Assembly (NCBI GenBank): GCA_964016885.1
Contig: OZ024740.1
Span: 116,684,001 to 116,748,000 of the forward strand
Length of the DNA: 64,000 nt
From: Eledone cirrhosa
Lineage: Eukaryota
Direction: 5' to 3'
The first letter of the stretch is position 1. The number at the start of each line of letters is the position of its first letter. A model generated the notes under the pieces. The model saw only the letters and a list, made by a program, of their open reading frames with translations, made no database searches and was not told the origin of the DNA. The position numbers and the translations under genes are program-made. Positions 27,281 through 39,600 of the stretch are shown here, piece by piece.

Positions 27281-28044
27281 TTTTAGTAATATTTTGGGTC
27301 GACTTCTGGTCATTATTGAAAGTCTCTGAATTTCGCAAAATACATAATATTTTTTATTGGAGAAGGTAAGATATTTTTCCGCAAAAAATTGCACTGTTTT
27401 GTTTCCACTTATGTATTTTTCGAAAATGTTATTTATTCATTATAAAAATTAAATAATAGCATTCTATATGTAGGTGGGCCCCCTTCATCTCCTGGCAACC
27501 AATATTTGTAGACCCAGTCCGCCACGGATATATATATATATACACATATATATATATACATATATATATGGTGGCTGCCAACTCGTTTTCGAGTACAGCC
27601 ACTACTTTATATCCATGTAGGAGAACCCCTACCGATGCGCTGAACGAGTGTGACTTTTTAGTCAAGCCAGCGACTTGAAAACTCTGGTACAAACACTACA
27701 CTTGTGACAATTATTGACACATAGTGCTGGGCCCATGGTACCATGTGACGACAAGTGCAGAGAGATCTCCAGATATAAAGCAATGCCTGTGCCGTGAAGC
27801 TTTTATAGTGAGCAAAGGCACTGCACAAAGCCAATCCCACTCTCTTAACCAAGATGATATTTACCAAAAAGAAGAACAAGTCAACATCATTGGATACCAT
27901 CAGGGTTGCAGGTGTTATATCAGAGTTTTCCTTCTCCTAGAATTCTGCCTTGACAATGGCTAAGGGGTCATCTCTCCCAGTGATTTTGGATGGCCATTGA
28001 CTCTTAAGAGCTCCTTTGCCCTTTGCCCTTGTATATATATATAC

Positions 28045-28145
28045 ACAAGGTGTCCCAAAAAATGTATATACACTTTGAATACCTGTACAGGCAATATTTA
28101 TTAGAATGCTGTTGAAGTGTGCATATATTTTTTGGGACACGCTGT
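28045..28145. mobile_element. Tc1/mariner-like MITE (~100 bp)
   Basis: TIRs CAAGGTGTCCCAAAAAATGTATATACACTT and AAGTGTGCATATATTTTTTGGGACACGCTG in TA context. Confidence 0.65.
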
Positions 28146-28164
28146 ATGTATATATATATATTTC

Positions 28165-28632
28165 ACGCCAAACAGCGTAAAACAGACTGTTAGCTTCTCT
28201 CCCTTCTTTCACCGAAAAGAAGTAAGTGACATAGTCACTACTTTAAAAGCGATAGCGAATGGTCTTCTTAATGTTTTTAATTAAACATACAGTATATTGC
28301 CAAATATACTATACATACATTTATGTATACATTGCTATTTCAGAGCACTAATCCTAATACCTAATTTTTGCTGGACCGGCAATCGCTCTGTAAAACCAGC
28401 TCCTGATCATTACTGGAATTCTATAAGAATCCAGCTTCTATAATTTTCGGCGGAAGCAGGGGAGTGAGTGACTGATGAACGCCAACCAGCGTGAAACAGA
28501 CTGTTAGCTTCTCTCCCTTCTTTCGCCGAAAAGAAGTAAGTGACATAGTCACTACTTTAAAACCGATAGCGTATGGTCTTCTAAATGTTTTTAATTAAAC
28601 ATACAGTATATTGCCAAATATACTATACATAC

Positions 28633-28638
<6 letters not shown>
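28165..28638 (+). mobile_element. Retrozyme-like ORF-less element: 1.5 copies of a 314-bp unit
   Basis: Direct repeats 28165-28324 and 28479-28638; hammerhead at the unit junction; (TA)n on both sides. Confidence 0.75.
28444..28532 (+). ncRNA. Type I hammerhead ribozyme motif with long stem I
   Basis: TTTTCGGCGGAAGCAGGGGAGTGAGTGA-CTGATGA-ACGC-CAACCA-GCGT-GAAACAG-A-CTGTT-AGCTTCTCTCCCTTCTTTCGCCGAAAA. Confidence 0.8.
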
Positions 28639-28667
<29 letters not shown>

Positions 28668-28670
<3 letters not shown>

Positions 28671-28727
28671 GTTCGGATCTAGCTGTCGAAACGGCCGGAG
28701 CTCAGCCGTCGGGGTCCTGACTCTTTT
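28668..28727 (+). mobile_element. Family C fragment
   Basis: TAGCTGTC-GAAACGGCCGGAGCTCAGCCGTC-GGGGTCCT. Confidence 0.65.
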
Positions 28728-28958
28728 CACACACACATATATATATATATATAAGAATAGACTAAAATAAAATTATTTCAGTCATATTACACCTTAAATA
28801 GCTCAAATACTATATACAGGCCAACAACTATGATTCGTGGAGCTTCACTTTTTCAAAAATTATATTTAGGTATAAACATTTACAGTATATTAAAAGTAAG
28901 CATTCCAAGTAAAATATCCATTTTAAAATAAAAAATATAATTTCACCTGCAAATTCCT

Positions 28959-29049
28959 GCTTATACCACCATTTCGTATCGGCAAAGAAATAGATATTAA
29001 TTAAGATAGCTAATTAATAAATTAAGACGCCGTAAACTCATCAGTAAGC
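28959..29049 (-). ncRNA. Type I hammerhead ribozyme motif with long stem II
   Basis: Minus strand: GCTTA-CTGATGA-GTTTACGGC...GCCGATAC-GAAA-TGGTG-GTA-TAAGC; lies at one end of a ~295-bp insert (28755-29049) bounded by (TA)n. Confidence 0.75.
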
Positions 29050-29148
29050 ATATATATATATATATATAACTTTATCCTCGGTTCAATCTGGGGTAACCAC
29101 AATAAGTAAGGTACTCAATACATAGCAGAATATAAATATTTAATATAT

Positions 29149-29243
29149 AGAAATGGCTTCTACAGGACTAGAACTATTTCATTCGGGAGAAATCATCCTG
29201 ATGATTTTCTCCCGAATGAAACAGTTCTAGTCCTGTAGAAGCC

Positions 29244-29249
<6 letters not shown>
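29149..29249. repeat. Near-perfect 100-bp palindrome, family B, with hammerhead-like core
   Basis: AGAAATGGCTTCTACAGGACTAGAAC...ATCATC-CTGATGA-TTTTCTCCCGAAT-GAAAC-AGTTCTAGTCCTGTAGAAGCCATTTCT. Confidence 0.85.
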
Positions 29250-29341
<92 letters not shown>

Positions 29342-29439
29342 CTCTATATATATATATCCAAGATATGTCAACATGAAGGGACCTGTTATTTCTATCTGAA
29401 GACATTTTTCCAATTCCACCCCGCCCGTCCCTTCAATCT

Positions 29440-29590
29440 ATCATATTTCTCATTCTTTCTTCTGACGAAGGACTACCGTCCAAAACGTTAAGACCCTCTT
29501 CCTGCTATTTCAAGCGTTAATCTAATATGCTCCTTCCATATACTCGTACTGTACCGAATATGTTGTTATTTCTGTTTACCTTTTACACAC
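29440..29590 (+). mobile_element. Hammerhead-bearing family A, copy 2
   Basis: CTTT-CTGACGA-A-GGAC-TACC-GTCC-AAAAC-GTT-AAG (G12 is A) at 29458-29492, with the same tail as 8080-8170. Confidence 0.7.
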
Positions 29591-29604
29591 GCACACACAC
29601 AGTT

Positions 29605-29657
<53 letters not shown>

Positions 29658-29873
29658 CACACACACATATGCGATAACGAAGGACACTTGTATGCACTAG
29701 AAAGAACAACCAAACCTTTATCAACTCTTATATACAGTGTTATATATGAGCTGATAAGCCACGCATCTATATATTAGCATGCCCAGCAAGTTTTAGTTGT
29801 AAAAAGCCCCTCAAATTGCACCCTACGTAAATATGTATGTCTTAATATATCTCTCTCTTTACAAATATATATC

Positions 29874-29914
<41 letters not shown>

Positions 29915-30499
29915 CATAAACCATCGAGAGTCACACTACATAATATCGCTATTTCATAGAAATATCAGCCAAATCCTCCCCAGATCACATCGCACTCTCG
30001 TCTGTTACCGTGAGACAGTACGCGGCCATCAACAGATACCTCTGCTTGTCATCTATATATACTAGATGTTTTAAAAGGATAATGTACAATAGTATACTTC
30101 GAATACAGCAGAGAATCATAACTTCCAAACGATGTCGTCAAAAGTTAACAGTTTCCCAACTGTTAACTGTTTAATAAAAGGTTCAGAGAATTAGAAACAG
30201 ATGAAATCCTGTAAAAAGAATATCAGGATGAATTTCAATCTCACATCTTTTAACAGCCAAATTCAAGAAGCTTCCACCAGAAGTGAAGAGATTTCAACAA
30301 TTCAATGATGCATAAGATCGAGATGCATTAAGAGAAAAATCATGAAAACAGCAATAAAAACAAGTTAAACTACGAAATTGTCCTGCACGTGTGGTGGCAG
30401 TTATGCAGGTCCAGAACCACAATCATTTGAGAAACAAAATCAAAGTTGTTCTAAATAGGACCCCCCCCCCACACACATATATATGGGGTATTATTCATG

Positions 30500-30559
30500 C
30501 ATTACCATTGGTTTCATTAGACACGGACAAATAAACAAACATGTCTAAATCTTCAGATA
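30500..30559 (-). ncRNA. Type I hammerhead ribozyme motif
   Basis: Minus strand: TAT-CTGAAGA-T-TTAGACAT-(16 nt)-GTGTCTAA-T-GAAAC-CAATG-GTA-ATG. Confidence 0.72.
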
Positions 30560-30585
30560 GGGTAGGTGTATATATGTATGTATAT

Positions 30586-30702
30586 ACGGCTTGAGCTCTG
30601 CCGTCGGGGTCTTGAACATTTTCCTATTACCCACTCTACTACCCTAAGTATTGAGTACTCTGGTGCGTTATAGTCCATCTGGTTCCTTACCAGACTTCCT
30701 TC

Positions 30703-30706
<4 letters not shown>
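30586..30706 (+). mobile_element. Family C copy
   Basis: ACGGCTTGAGCTCTGCCGTCGGGGTC...CCTATTACCCACTCTACTACCCTAAGTATTGAGTAC...TTCCTTCC, then (TA)n. Confidence 0.75.
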
Positions 30707-30734
<28 letters not shown>

Positions 30735-31171
30735 GATTTTGAGTATATGTTGGTTGACTGAGGAATGCTCTCAAAACTGACCAATGGGAAGTTTGACATT
30801 TTTTTGTTATTTTGTTCCTTTACCACCTTGTTCCTTCTACCACTTTATCAATTTTTTAAGCTAACTCCAACAATAACAATACTACCAACACAAGAATTGA
30901 GGTCAGATGTACCTAACAATAACAAGAACAACAACTACAGATTGGCTTGCCTCAGAACGAATTTCTATAGACTTTTGAATGAGGAATGTTCTAACAACTG
31001 ACCAATGAGAGAAGAAGAGGCCCTTTGACACTGAAATTCGTTTGTTTGAATTCATATGATTCCAATTCCTCAGTGAAATAACAACCCAACCAGGAACTGG
31101 GCATATCAGAGTATTGACAAACTTATACACCTCAACAATATATGTACTTGTCTATACCACACTAATTCGGA

Positions 31172-31229
31172 CTGCCTGAAGAGGTCACAGCCAAAGATGG
31201 CTGTCACCGAAATATAATATATATAGCAG
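31172..31229 (+). ncRNA. Type I hammerhead ribozyme motif
   Basis: CTGC-CTGAAGA-GGTCACAGCCA-AAGA-TGGCTGTCACC-GAAA-TATAATATATATA-GCAG; AATAAA immediately after and (TA)n ~50 bp downstream. Confidence 0.78.
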
Positions 31230-31275
31230 TAATAAACGAAGCTAAATTTTAAACATTTGACTTTTTATTTTACTT

Positions 31276-31366
<91 letters not shown>

Positions 31367-31684
31367 TGTTTCTCTTTCTCGCTGTTTTGCCTCTTGCTCC
31401 CTCTCTTTATGTATGTATGTATGTATGTATGTATGTATGTATGTATGTATGTATGTATGTATGTATGTATTCATTCATGCAGACATGTATGTATGTATCT
31501 ATCTATCTATCTATCTAAGTAGCTATATATATATATATGTGTGTGTGCATGTGCGTGTGTGTATGTGTACGATTATGTGTGTGAGTATATATATATATAT
31601 ATATATACAAACATCACATACACACTCACACGTGCATACACACGCACACACATATATATATATATTATATATAAATATATACAT

Positions 31685-31742
<58 letters not shown>

Positions 31743-32134
31743 GGCGAGGAAAAAAAAGAGAGACAGAGATAAAGAGAGGTGAGAAAAAGAGTAATAGGCG
31801 TTCCCAACAAGATCACAAGAGGTTAATGGTTGGCGCTCAGGTGTGATGGCAGTAATGAAAGACTGTCAGAACTAATGACTGATGAACGCAACGTCATTGT
31901 CGTATCATCTATCAACAAGATGAGCGTTTATCATTTCTCTCTGCAAAGAGGTTGTTCGGTGAAATAAGTGTTTTAGATAGCCTATTACACTGAAAATAGT
32001 ATAGTTACCTTCATTCAATCCATTAATATCCGCATTCATATAAATACGTTCATACAAACACTCACACACAAAGGCATGTACGTGCCTCATACACATACAC
32101 ACACATACTCACACACACAATATGGGTGACAGAA

Positions 32135-32350
32135 TACACACGTGTTTGTTCTCAAAAAATTATTTTCTGCTCCTTTATCTTCTTGCTCTCTATCTTTCTA
32201 TTTCATCTTTTATTTCTCATTCTATCTTCTGATGAAGGACTAGTGTCTGAAATGTTAAAACTCTTATCCTATTATATCAAGCGTTAAACTAATATATTTC
32301 GTCATCATTGTACTGTGTCGTTTGCTTTATTATTTCTGTTTACTTATTGC
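32135..32350 (+). mobile_element. Hammerhead-bearing family A, copy 3
   Basis: CTT-CTGATGA-AGGAC-TAGT-GTCT-GAAAT-GTT-AAA at 32226-32260; upstream GAATACACACGTGT matches 7947-7960. Confidence 0.7.
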
Positions 32351-32359
32351 ATATATAAC

Positions 32360-32780
32360 AAAGTTTTCTCGAAGATCGAGTCGGTGTGCAAGTGTATTAG
32401 AATCCATAGTATAATGAGAAAAACTCAACGCAAAATAGCTGTTAAACAGAAAAATGCGGGCGAAAGTGGTTTGGTCCGACGCTGGATGGCAGGGGTACCC
32501 CTGGGTTCAATCAAGAGGTCAACTATAGCATTCGAGCAGCGAAAAAGGCCTACAAAAGTTTGGATTGGAAATAAGTCTTCCTTCTTGCACTTACGGTTAA
32601 GACATGGAAGTACTTAGGTATTAAGCTGGAATCTGACTTCAGATCCGCAAATAAAGTGTTCGGGCAAACCATCCTCCCATTTTGTAATAAGGAGTCCTCC
32701 TCCACACTTGCAATCAGGAACGCGCCCGAGAAGAGCATCTTCGCGAGGTGTAGAGAATACTTTAATGATCTCCTAAACCA
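32360..32780 (+). pseudogene. Decayed RTE-like LINE fragment
   Basis: Ends in RCREYFNDLLN (compare RWREHFDDLLN in the 14411 ORF). Confidence 0.4.
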
Positions 32781-33002
32781 GAGATCACTTTTAATTGTTG
32801 GCTGTTAAAATCAGAATAATGATAACTGTATTTCTTATTCTCTTTGTATTGAGCCAAGCGTTCTTACCGGTTGCTATGTTTCTGTTTGTCTGTTCGAATG
32901 TTTAAGTGCGTGTGTACTCACACGTTTATGTATATATGATTGTGTATCTGATTTTGCTGTATTTAGTGACATTAGATGAAGTCTCATCGAAAGGCGGAAC
33001 TA

Positions 33003-33365
33003 TTATTTGTTTGAAACATTCTTAATTATATTTATATTAGTAACTAAGTTGTTTATACAAAAATAAAACACACTGTTAAAGGGAATAAAAAGGAAATCGA
33101 AAGAAAAAATAGAAAAAGGAATTAAGTAACGAAAGAAAGGGAGAGGGGAGGGGCAGACGTTACACTTTAGTCTGAGCGGTGTTTCAGCGGCGCCCGTGGA
33201 CAAAATGGCAAATGCACTACCGTGCAACAGCTACCTCATCTCGTGGGGCTCCTTCCTCAAGCGAGATGCTTTCTTTCCGATTTTACGGAGGAAATCATCA
33301 GTGCAGGGACCAAGGACACCAGAGGTCTGGGCGGAGACCGGTACAAAGAGGAAGTGGTCTGTAAT
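33003..33365 (-). mobile_element. CRE-clade 3' fragment
   Basis: Reverse complement aligns with 5625-5710 (GTCCTTGG..CTCCGTAAAATCGGA..GAGGAAGGA); also resembles 4030-4110. Confidence 0.6.
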
Positions 33366-33622
33366 GTATTTCACTATCTTCCTCGCCTCTAAAGGAATAA
33401 ATATCTATTAATCCACACATAGATGTAAACACACATGCGCCCTCACACAGGTGCAATCACAAACACACACACGCGCACACACAAATATTTCTTGTCATCT
33501 GGAAATCAACAATAATATTAGTATCCCTAATCTGTAAAATACTCCATTTAGATATATTATCGCCTTATGTTTGTAAAATATAGATTAAACAGAAATGCAG
33601 TTTTAACACTTTTCCTTACACA

Positions 33623-33770
33623 GGCGGTAAATTGGCAGAATCATTAAAGCGTCAAGCGAAATACCTTGCAGTATTTATTCCGACTCTGTACGTTCTTAGT
33701 TCGAATCTTGTCAAGAACAACTTTACTTTAATCCTTCCACAGCCGACCAAATCAATACCAATCAAGTAAT
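33623..33770 (+). mobile_element. Degenerate SINE, family of 585-900
   Basis: GGCGGTAAATTGGCAGAATCATTAAAGCGTC...CGTTCTTAGTTCGAATC. Confidence 0.5.
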
Positions 33771-34932
33771 GGTTTCTACACAAATGTTATTGTTTATATT
33801 ACTTCCTAAATTTTCTTCCACAACTAACCATACATAGTTCAGTTATTTCGCCATATTCCAGCTACTATATATTTAGGACAGCAGGTCCTACATACATATG
33901 TGTGTCTGGCTACATATAATATGGAGTAAAAAAAATCCTTATACCTACCAAAAGTATATTATCTTTTTTACACCAGTTGTAGTTCTGTCACAGCGACTTC
34001 ACTTTAAATTTGGTACTTACTGTCTAAAAAAGGTTGACTGAAAACATTTATATGAATAGTTTAAGGATGGGATGTTACATATTGAAACAGATAAGAACCC
34101 AGATGACGTTACTCGTTCACTTTCCGTTGCTTTCACCATCGGTTACTAATTAACCGCCAGTTATTTTCTTGATTATTCTTTCTTTTTAAATTACAATATC
34201 TAAAACATAGATGAATATGTATCTGTGTTAGTAAAATAATTGGACACGATTTTTTGAATAGTTATGATATATTCTACTTAAAGAACTTTCGTAAAGTTTA
34301 AGATTTCCCACAAGAGCACTGAGTTGACATAGACTCGAAGAAAACTGGAAATTAACCAGTCGAAATATCATAAACTTGAAGCGAGATTCAAAACATCAAA
34401 ATAGATTTCAAATTACCTTCAGTGTTGGTTTGAAATGAATTCTTTAAGGGATTTGTTGCATCTTCAAAGAGTACCTCCTGCAAAGTATTTTTTAAATTTT
34501 TATTTCTTTGAAGGTTTTTTTTATGTTAATCCGTAAACTTATTGTGATAGCAAGTTTAATGAGTAATTTGGTAACATTCAGCTGAATGTATCTCTCTTAT
34601 AAGTTAAATTCGTGTGATTTATATCAAAAACCTTTTAAAATTTAGTAACATGTTCCATAAAGAAAGAAAAATAAGAATACCTTTGATATTGAAAACATGA
34701 CACTCCTGCCTATGATATTACTAGACCACCAATGCTTTAGCGATAAAATACATTATACTGAAGTTTTGTGTTTAAACTGTGGTGTTTTGTGAATTGTACA
34801 AGCTAGCATCTCCTTTGTTGTTGGGTGGTTAGTTCAGTAATTTGAAACATCACAGTCTGTTCCTTTTGAATATCTTTTATCATAGTCTATTGGTTAGTAC
34901 GTGGTAGGAAGTGGTAGTAACTGGTTCACCAG

Positions 34933-35180
34933 GCTTGTGGTTAGGATGCTGAGCACATGATCGTAAGGTCATGAGTTCGATTTCCGGACCGAGCGGCGCG
35001 TTGTGTATTTGAGGAAGACACTTGATTTCAATTTGTTCTAGTCAATGGAGATTGAAAAGATGAGTTGAGACGAAACTAAGGCCAAGCTGTATCGACTATT
35101 GCCTTTCTCTTGGACAATATCAGTGTTGTGGAGCCAGTAAATCATGTTTGCAAAACCCTTGGACAGACATGACAGGAAGG
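34933..35180 (+). mobile_element. tRNA-derived SINE
   Basis: GCTTGTGGTTAGGATGCT (A-box-like), GAGTTCGATTTCC (B-box-like), GCGTTGTGTATTTGAGGAAGACACTT. Confidence 0.6.
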
Positions 35181-36079
35181 AACCATTTCCTCTCCCTTTC
35201 TTAATGCTTTACTCATTTAATGAAATGGGAATTGGGGAGAAACTGCCCTTTGGCTCGCAATTCAAGTTGAATCAATCTTTGTGATTATCACTGTTTCGTT
35301 CAGAAAGAGTAGATAATATTCTATTATTATAATTAGATATTTGTTTATGTATTTCAAGATATGTTTCTTTTTCTGAACTTGTTTCGTTTTCTCTCTGCAA
35401 TTTTCAGTTTTTTAACAATAACCTTACACATCCGTTCACACGATCTTTACTCCATATTAACACAGATATGATGGTGAGCTCAGTAACTCGCCGGGTTATT
35501 GGGAGTGTCACTAAGTGCATCTGTTAGAAATTAGCATGCATAGACAATTCTTCTAAACGCTATAACCATTATACCTATAGCCGAACTCAGAGGTACAAGC
35601 TAATAAATTTCTCATCCAGGTTAGTTTACAGTATTGCTTACGAGTTGCTCATATAATGTAAGACAAGACCTATTTATAGCAAGAATGATTGGACTGCTTC
35701 ACATTTATGTATAATAGCCATGGAGAAAAACAGTACAGAATAGAGGGTTCGAACAATCAATCTCTCAACCAGAAGCTTAATACTCTATCGATGTGGTCTC
35801 CCATCTTTCGTAGTTGATAAGAATGTCGTACAAATTATATAAACTAAGTACACATACACATATGTATATGTGTCGCGCGTACATACACACACACACACAT
35901 ATATATATACCTCCATGGGGCTCAAAATATACGTATATTTAGAAATGCATATGTATATGCGTATCTCTGTATGTATATGTGTATCTAAGTAGTACATGTA
36001 TATGTATATATAATTTTGTGTGTGTTTATGTGTGTCTATATACACATGCACATACATACATAAATGCATATATATAAAT

Positions 36080-36115
<36 letters not shown>

Positions 36116-36330
36116 TTCGTTTCTGAATTTGTTTAGCAAGATTCTTTATCTGAAATCGTGTGTTGAAACCGATATTGTTATACTTTGGGAGGGTCATGTT
36201 GCCAATAAGAAACACACGCACCAGTTGCTTTCACTTCAATTTAATTTATTATATATTTATAAATTTACAAATTTATAAATTTCTGGTTGGTTGGTTGGTT
36301 CCACAACCAGATAGTTGTTTATATATATAT

Positions 36331-36375
36331 AGTCATAGTTCTTTCGTCACACACTCTGTGACCTCTTCAGTGACT
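36331..36375 (-). ncRNA. Hammerhead ribozyme in inverted pseudo-LTR
   Basis: Exact reverse complement of 40688-40732. Confidence 0.85.
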
Positions 36376-36621
36376 GGGGATTTCTTTCTTCGTTTCTGTG
36401 CCTTTCCTTTCTTCTATCCTACGCCATTTTGTTTGTGTGTGGGTTGCGTGCTCAGTTTGCGCATGCGCCACATCCGGGTGTCTGTGTGTGTTTGTGTTCA
36501 TTTTTCTATTTTTCTATTTATATTTTTCTATTTGTTTGTTTATTTATTTATTTATTGTTGGTTGGTTGTTTGTTCTATGTGTGTGTGTGTTTTCATTTTG
36601 TCTTGTGTGTGTTTTCATTCT

Positions 36622-39600
36622 AAACAAATTCAGAAACGAAATATCGTAAGCCTTAGCCAGGCTAACAAGATACTGAAAACCACCATGTTCTGTTGTCTAC
36701 GAAAAACCATAACATCTCGACAACTACGCTTCATAAAACTGTGCACCACTTCTAGAATCTACACCAACACCATCAATACCGACGTTAGAAGATTACAACT
36801 CACCAAAAAACAAGCAGATAGGCTAAAACGAACTTTAATTCTAAACATAAAAAAGAAGATCTATAGAGAATTAAGTCATCAAGAAAAACTAAAGCGTAAC
36901 CTAATACAAGAAATATCTAAAATCACCACACCAGCAGAAAAACTAACATTTATAAGCCTTATACGCCCCGAAGAACAGTACATTACTCAAGAATGTAATA
37001 AGCACTTTAACAGAAAATTAAAGTGGCTTAAACAGGCAAAGCTAAATCGGGATACTATAGAGTATACCAATAGATATCCCGACAAAATTGACGGTATCAA
37101 CATGGCCGACACCTCATTATCTGAAGAGTTCAACAATGAAAATACCAACATTTATGGAAACACGGAAATAGATAATAATGAAATGTCTGTGTTACGTCTG
37201 CCACCCAAATTTGCGACATTCAAGAAGGTAAATATGATTAGTTGTCTGTCAGAAATAGAAAAATCATTTACGAAACTACGCTGGAGCATCAAAAACAAAA
37301 ACAAAAGCAACAATATACGCACACACATATACAACACACATCCCAACAACAACAGACACACAGACACAAACAACAATAACAACAACAATAGCAACATACC
37401 CAGATACAACAACAACAATAGCAACATACCCAGATACAACAGACACGCAGACACAAACAACAATAACAACACACACGGAGACAACAATAACAACAACACA
37501 CACATCAACAACAACAACAATAGCAACATACCCAGATACAACAACAACAACAGACACGCAAACACAAACAACAATAACAACACACACAACAACGATAACA
37601 CACACACACACGGAGACAACAACAACACACATCAACAACAACACACATCAACAACAACAACACACACGCATTCAATGCCTCTCACCACCACCACAATCTT
37701 AACAAACACACAGACACACAAAACAAGTAATGACAGTAGCACAGAAATCAGAGAAATAAGAGAAAGTAATAGGATTAAAAGGAAAAGGAGATGGGAGACT
37801 AAGGACAAAGAGAATAACCAAGACGAACACACAGACACACAAAATAGGGTAGATAACAACATTGAGCCAGTGGAAAGAGACAGGAGTAATTATGAGAGAC
37901 ATAGAAACAACCATGAAGCTGAGGCTGCTGCTGTTGGTGGAAATAGAAACAACACAACTAACAATAACAATAGCACTAGTACACATAAAGCAGCAGCCTG
38001 GAACTCTCCGTTTTATAACCCCTCCGATAAATCATTCGACCTACGAGAGTCCACGCCACGACTTTGCCATTTAACAAACGCACGCAGTTGCCGTCGCAGG
38101 TCGATGAACAAACAGAAGCACAATTTAGTATAGCTAAATCCGAACTTAGTAATATTATAGAACAGTATAGCAAGAAGCATAATAGAATAGAGGCCCAGCA
38201 ACTGGGAGAAGAATCTGCAAATGGCTTGCGTAAGCTCATGCAGCGCTCGCGTAATGGAGAGATAGCATGCTTTCCAACAAACAAGTCTGGCAGAATGTCG
38301 GTTGACAGCCTGCCAAACTACATCCAGGCAATGCAACCCCACATCACTAACACAAGAGAGGTAACACCACAGGAGCATGAGGATAGAGAAAAAACCCTCA
38401 ATGCCCATATGGTGATGTGGACAAATATAATGCAGCCCAACAAAAGGACTGCCAACAACTTCCAGGCCTGGAACAATGACGTGCCGGCGTTGTATGGGCT
38501 TCGAAAAGACCATAAAACGGGCTGGGACCCTGTCGCAGGACCACCAACACGGCCAGTCTGTGGGGCTAACATTGCTAGTAACTACAGACTGTCCTACTTC
38601 CTCTCCCTGATCATACGCCCCATCATTGAGATGTCCCCAGGTGTGTGTGACAGCACGGAGGACCTCCTCAGCAGAATCGGCGCGGGTAACCGATCTGGGG
38701 ACCTAACAAACTGCATAATAGGCAGTATGGATGTTGTGTCCCTGTATCCATCTATTGACGTGGATTTTGCTGTGGAGAAATGCGTCGAAATGATCAGCGA
38801 GAGCAAGGTTGAGTTCCGTGGGATTGATACCAGTGAGCTGGGACTTCTACTTAAGCTTACCCATAGTAATAGTTACCTAGACACTTATGACCTTAGCAAC
38901 CTGTGCCCTACAAGACCAGCAAGAGGCAGACCACCTACCATTACCTCAATGGCCAAGAAAACCCACACAGATAGATGGAACGGGTGGACCAGAGCCATAC
39001 GGACACCCGAAAACCACGATGAACTGAAGAAAATGATTGCACATGCGGTAGGGGCCAGCATAAAACTAACCCTTAAGGAAGATATGTTCAAATTTAATGG
39101 TAAAACATATGCCCAAGAGGAAGGAGCAGCCATTGGTGTTAGCATTGCAGGCGACATAGCTAACTTATTCATGGTATGGTGGGACAGTAGACTTAAACAA
39201 AAACTTAATGAACAATTAGAAGACAGCTTAACCCTGATAATGTACTCCCGCTACGTAGATGATATAAACATCGTAGTTAAGACACCCCCACTAAAGAACA
39301 GTCAGGAACTAGAGAAAAACACAATGGAAAGCATCCAGCAAATAGCAAACTCCATCCACCAGAGCATTAGAGTTACTATAGACTACCCAAGTAGACACCC
39401 CAACCATCGATTACCTGTACTAGACACAGAGCTCTGGTTAGATACAATTAACAACCAAAAACAAATCCTCCATTCCCATTATGCCAAACCCATGACTTCC
39501 AAACATCTGATCCACCGAAACTCAGCCATTTCGGACCATACCAAAATCAACATACTGATTGCGGATTTGGTACGGGTGATGAGAAATGTGTCCCGCATGT

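Noticed and set aside
31875-31900. CTGATGA hammerhead-like start
   Set aside because: No GAAA after the short stem; other isolated CTGANGA hits at 7678, 58869, 59770 and 63000 also lack the full fold.
36160-36621. Hydrophobic N-terminus of the 657-aa ORF (apparent membrane domain)
   Set aside because: It is the antisense of the element's 3' UTR (inverted pseudo-LTR); the same peptide appears in ORF 40379-40987(-).
38040-38070. Programmed ribosomal frameshift between two PLE ORFs
   Set aside because: No slippery heptamer; PLEs normally have one ORF; a 1-nt deletion or sequencing error is simpler.
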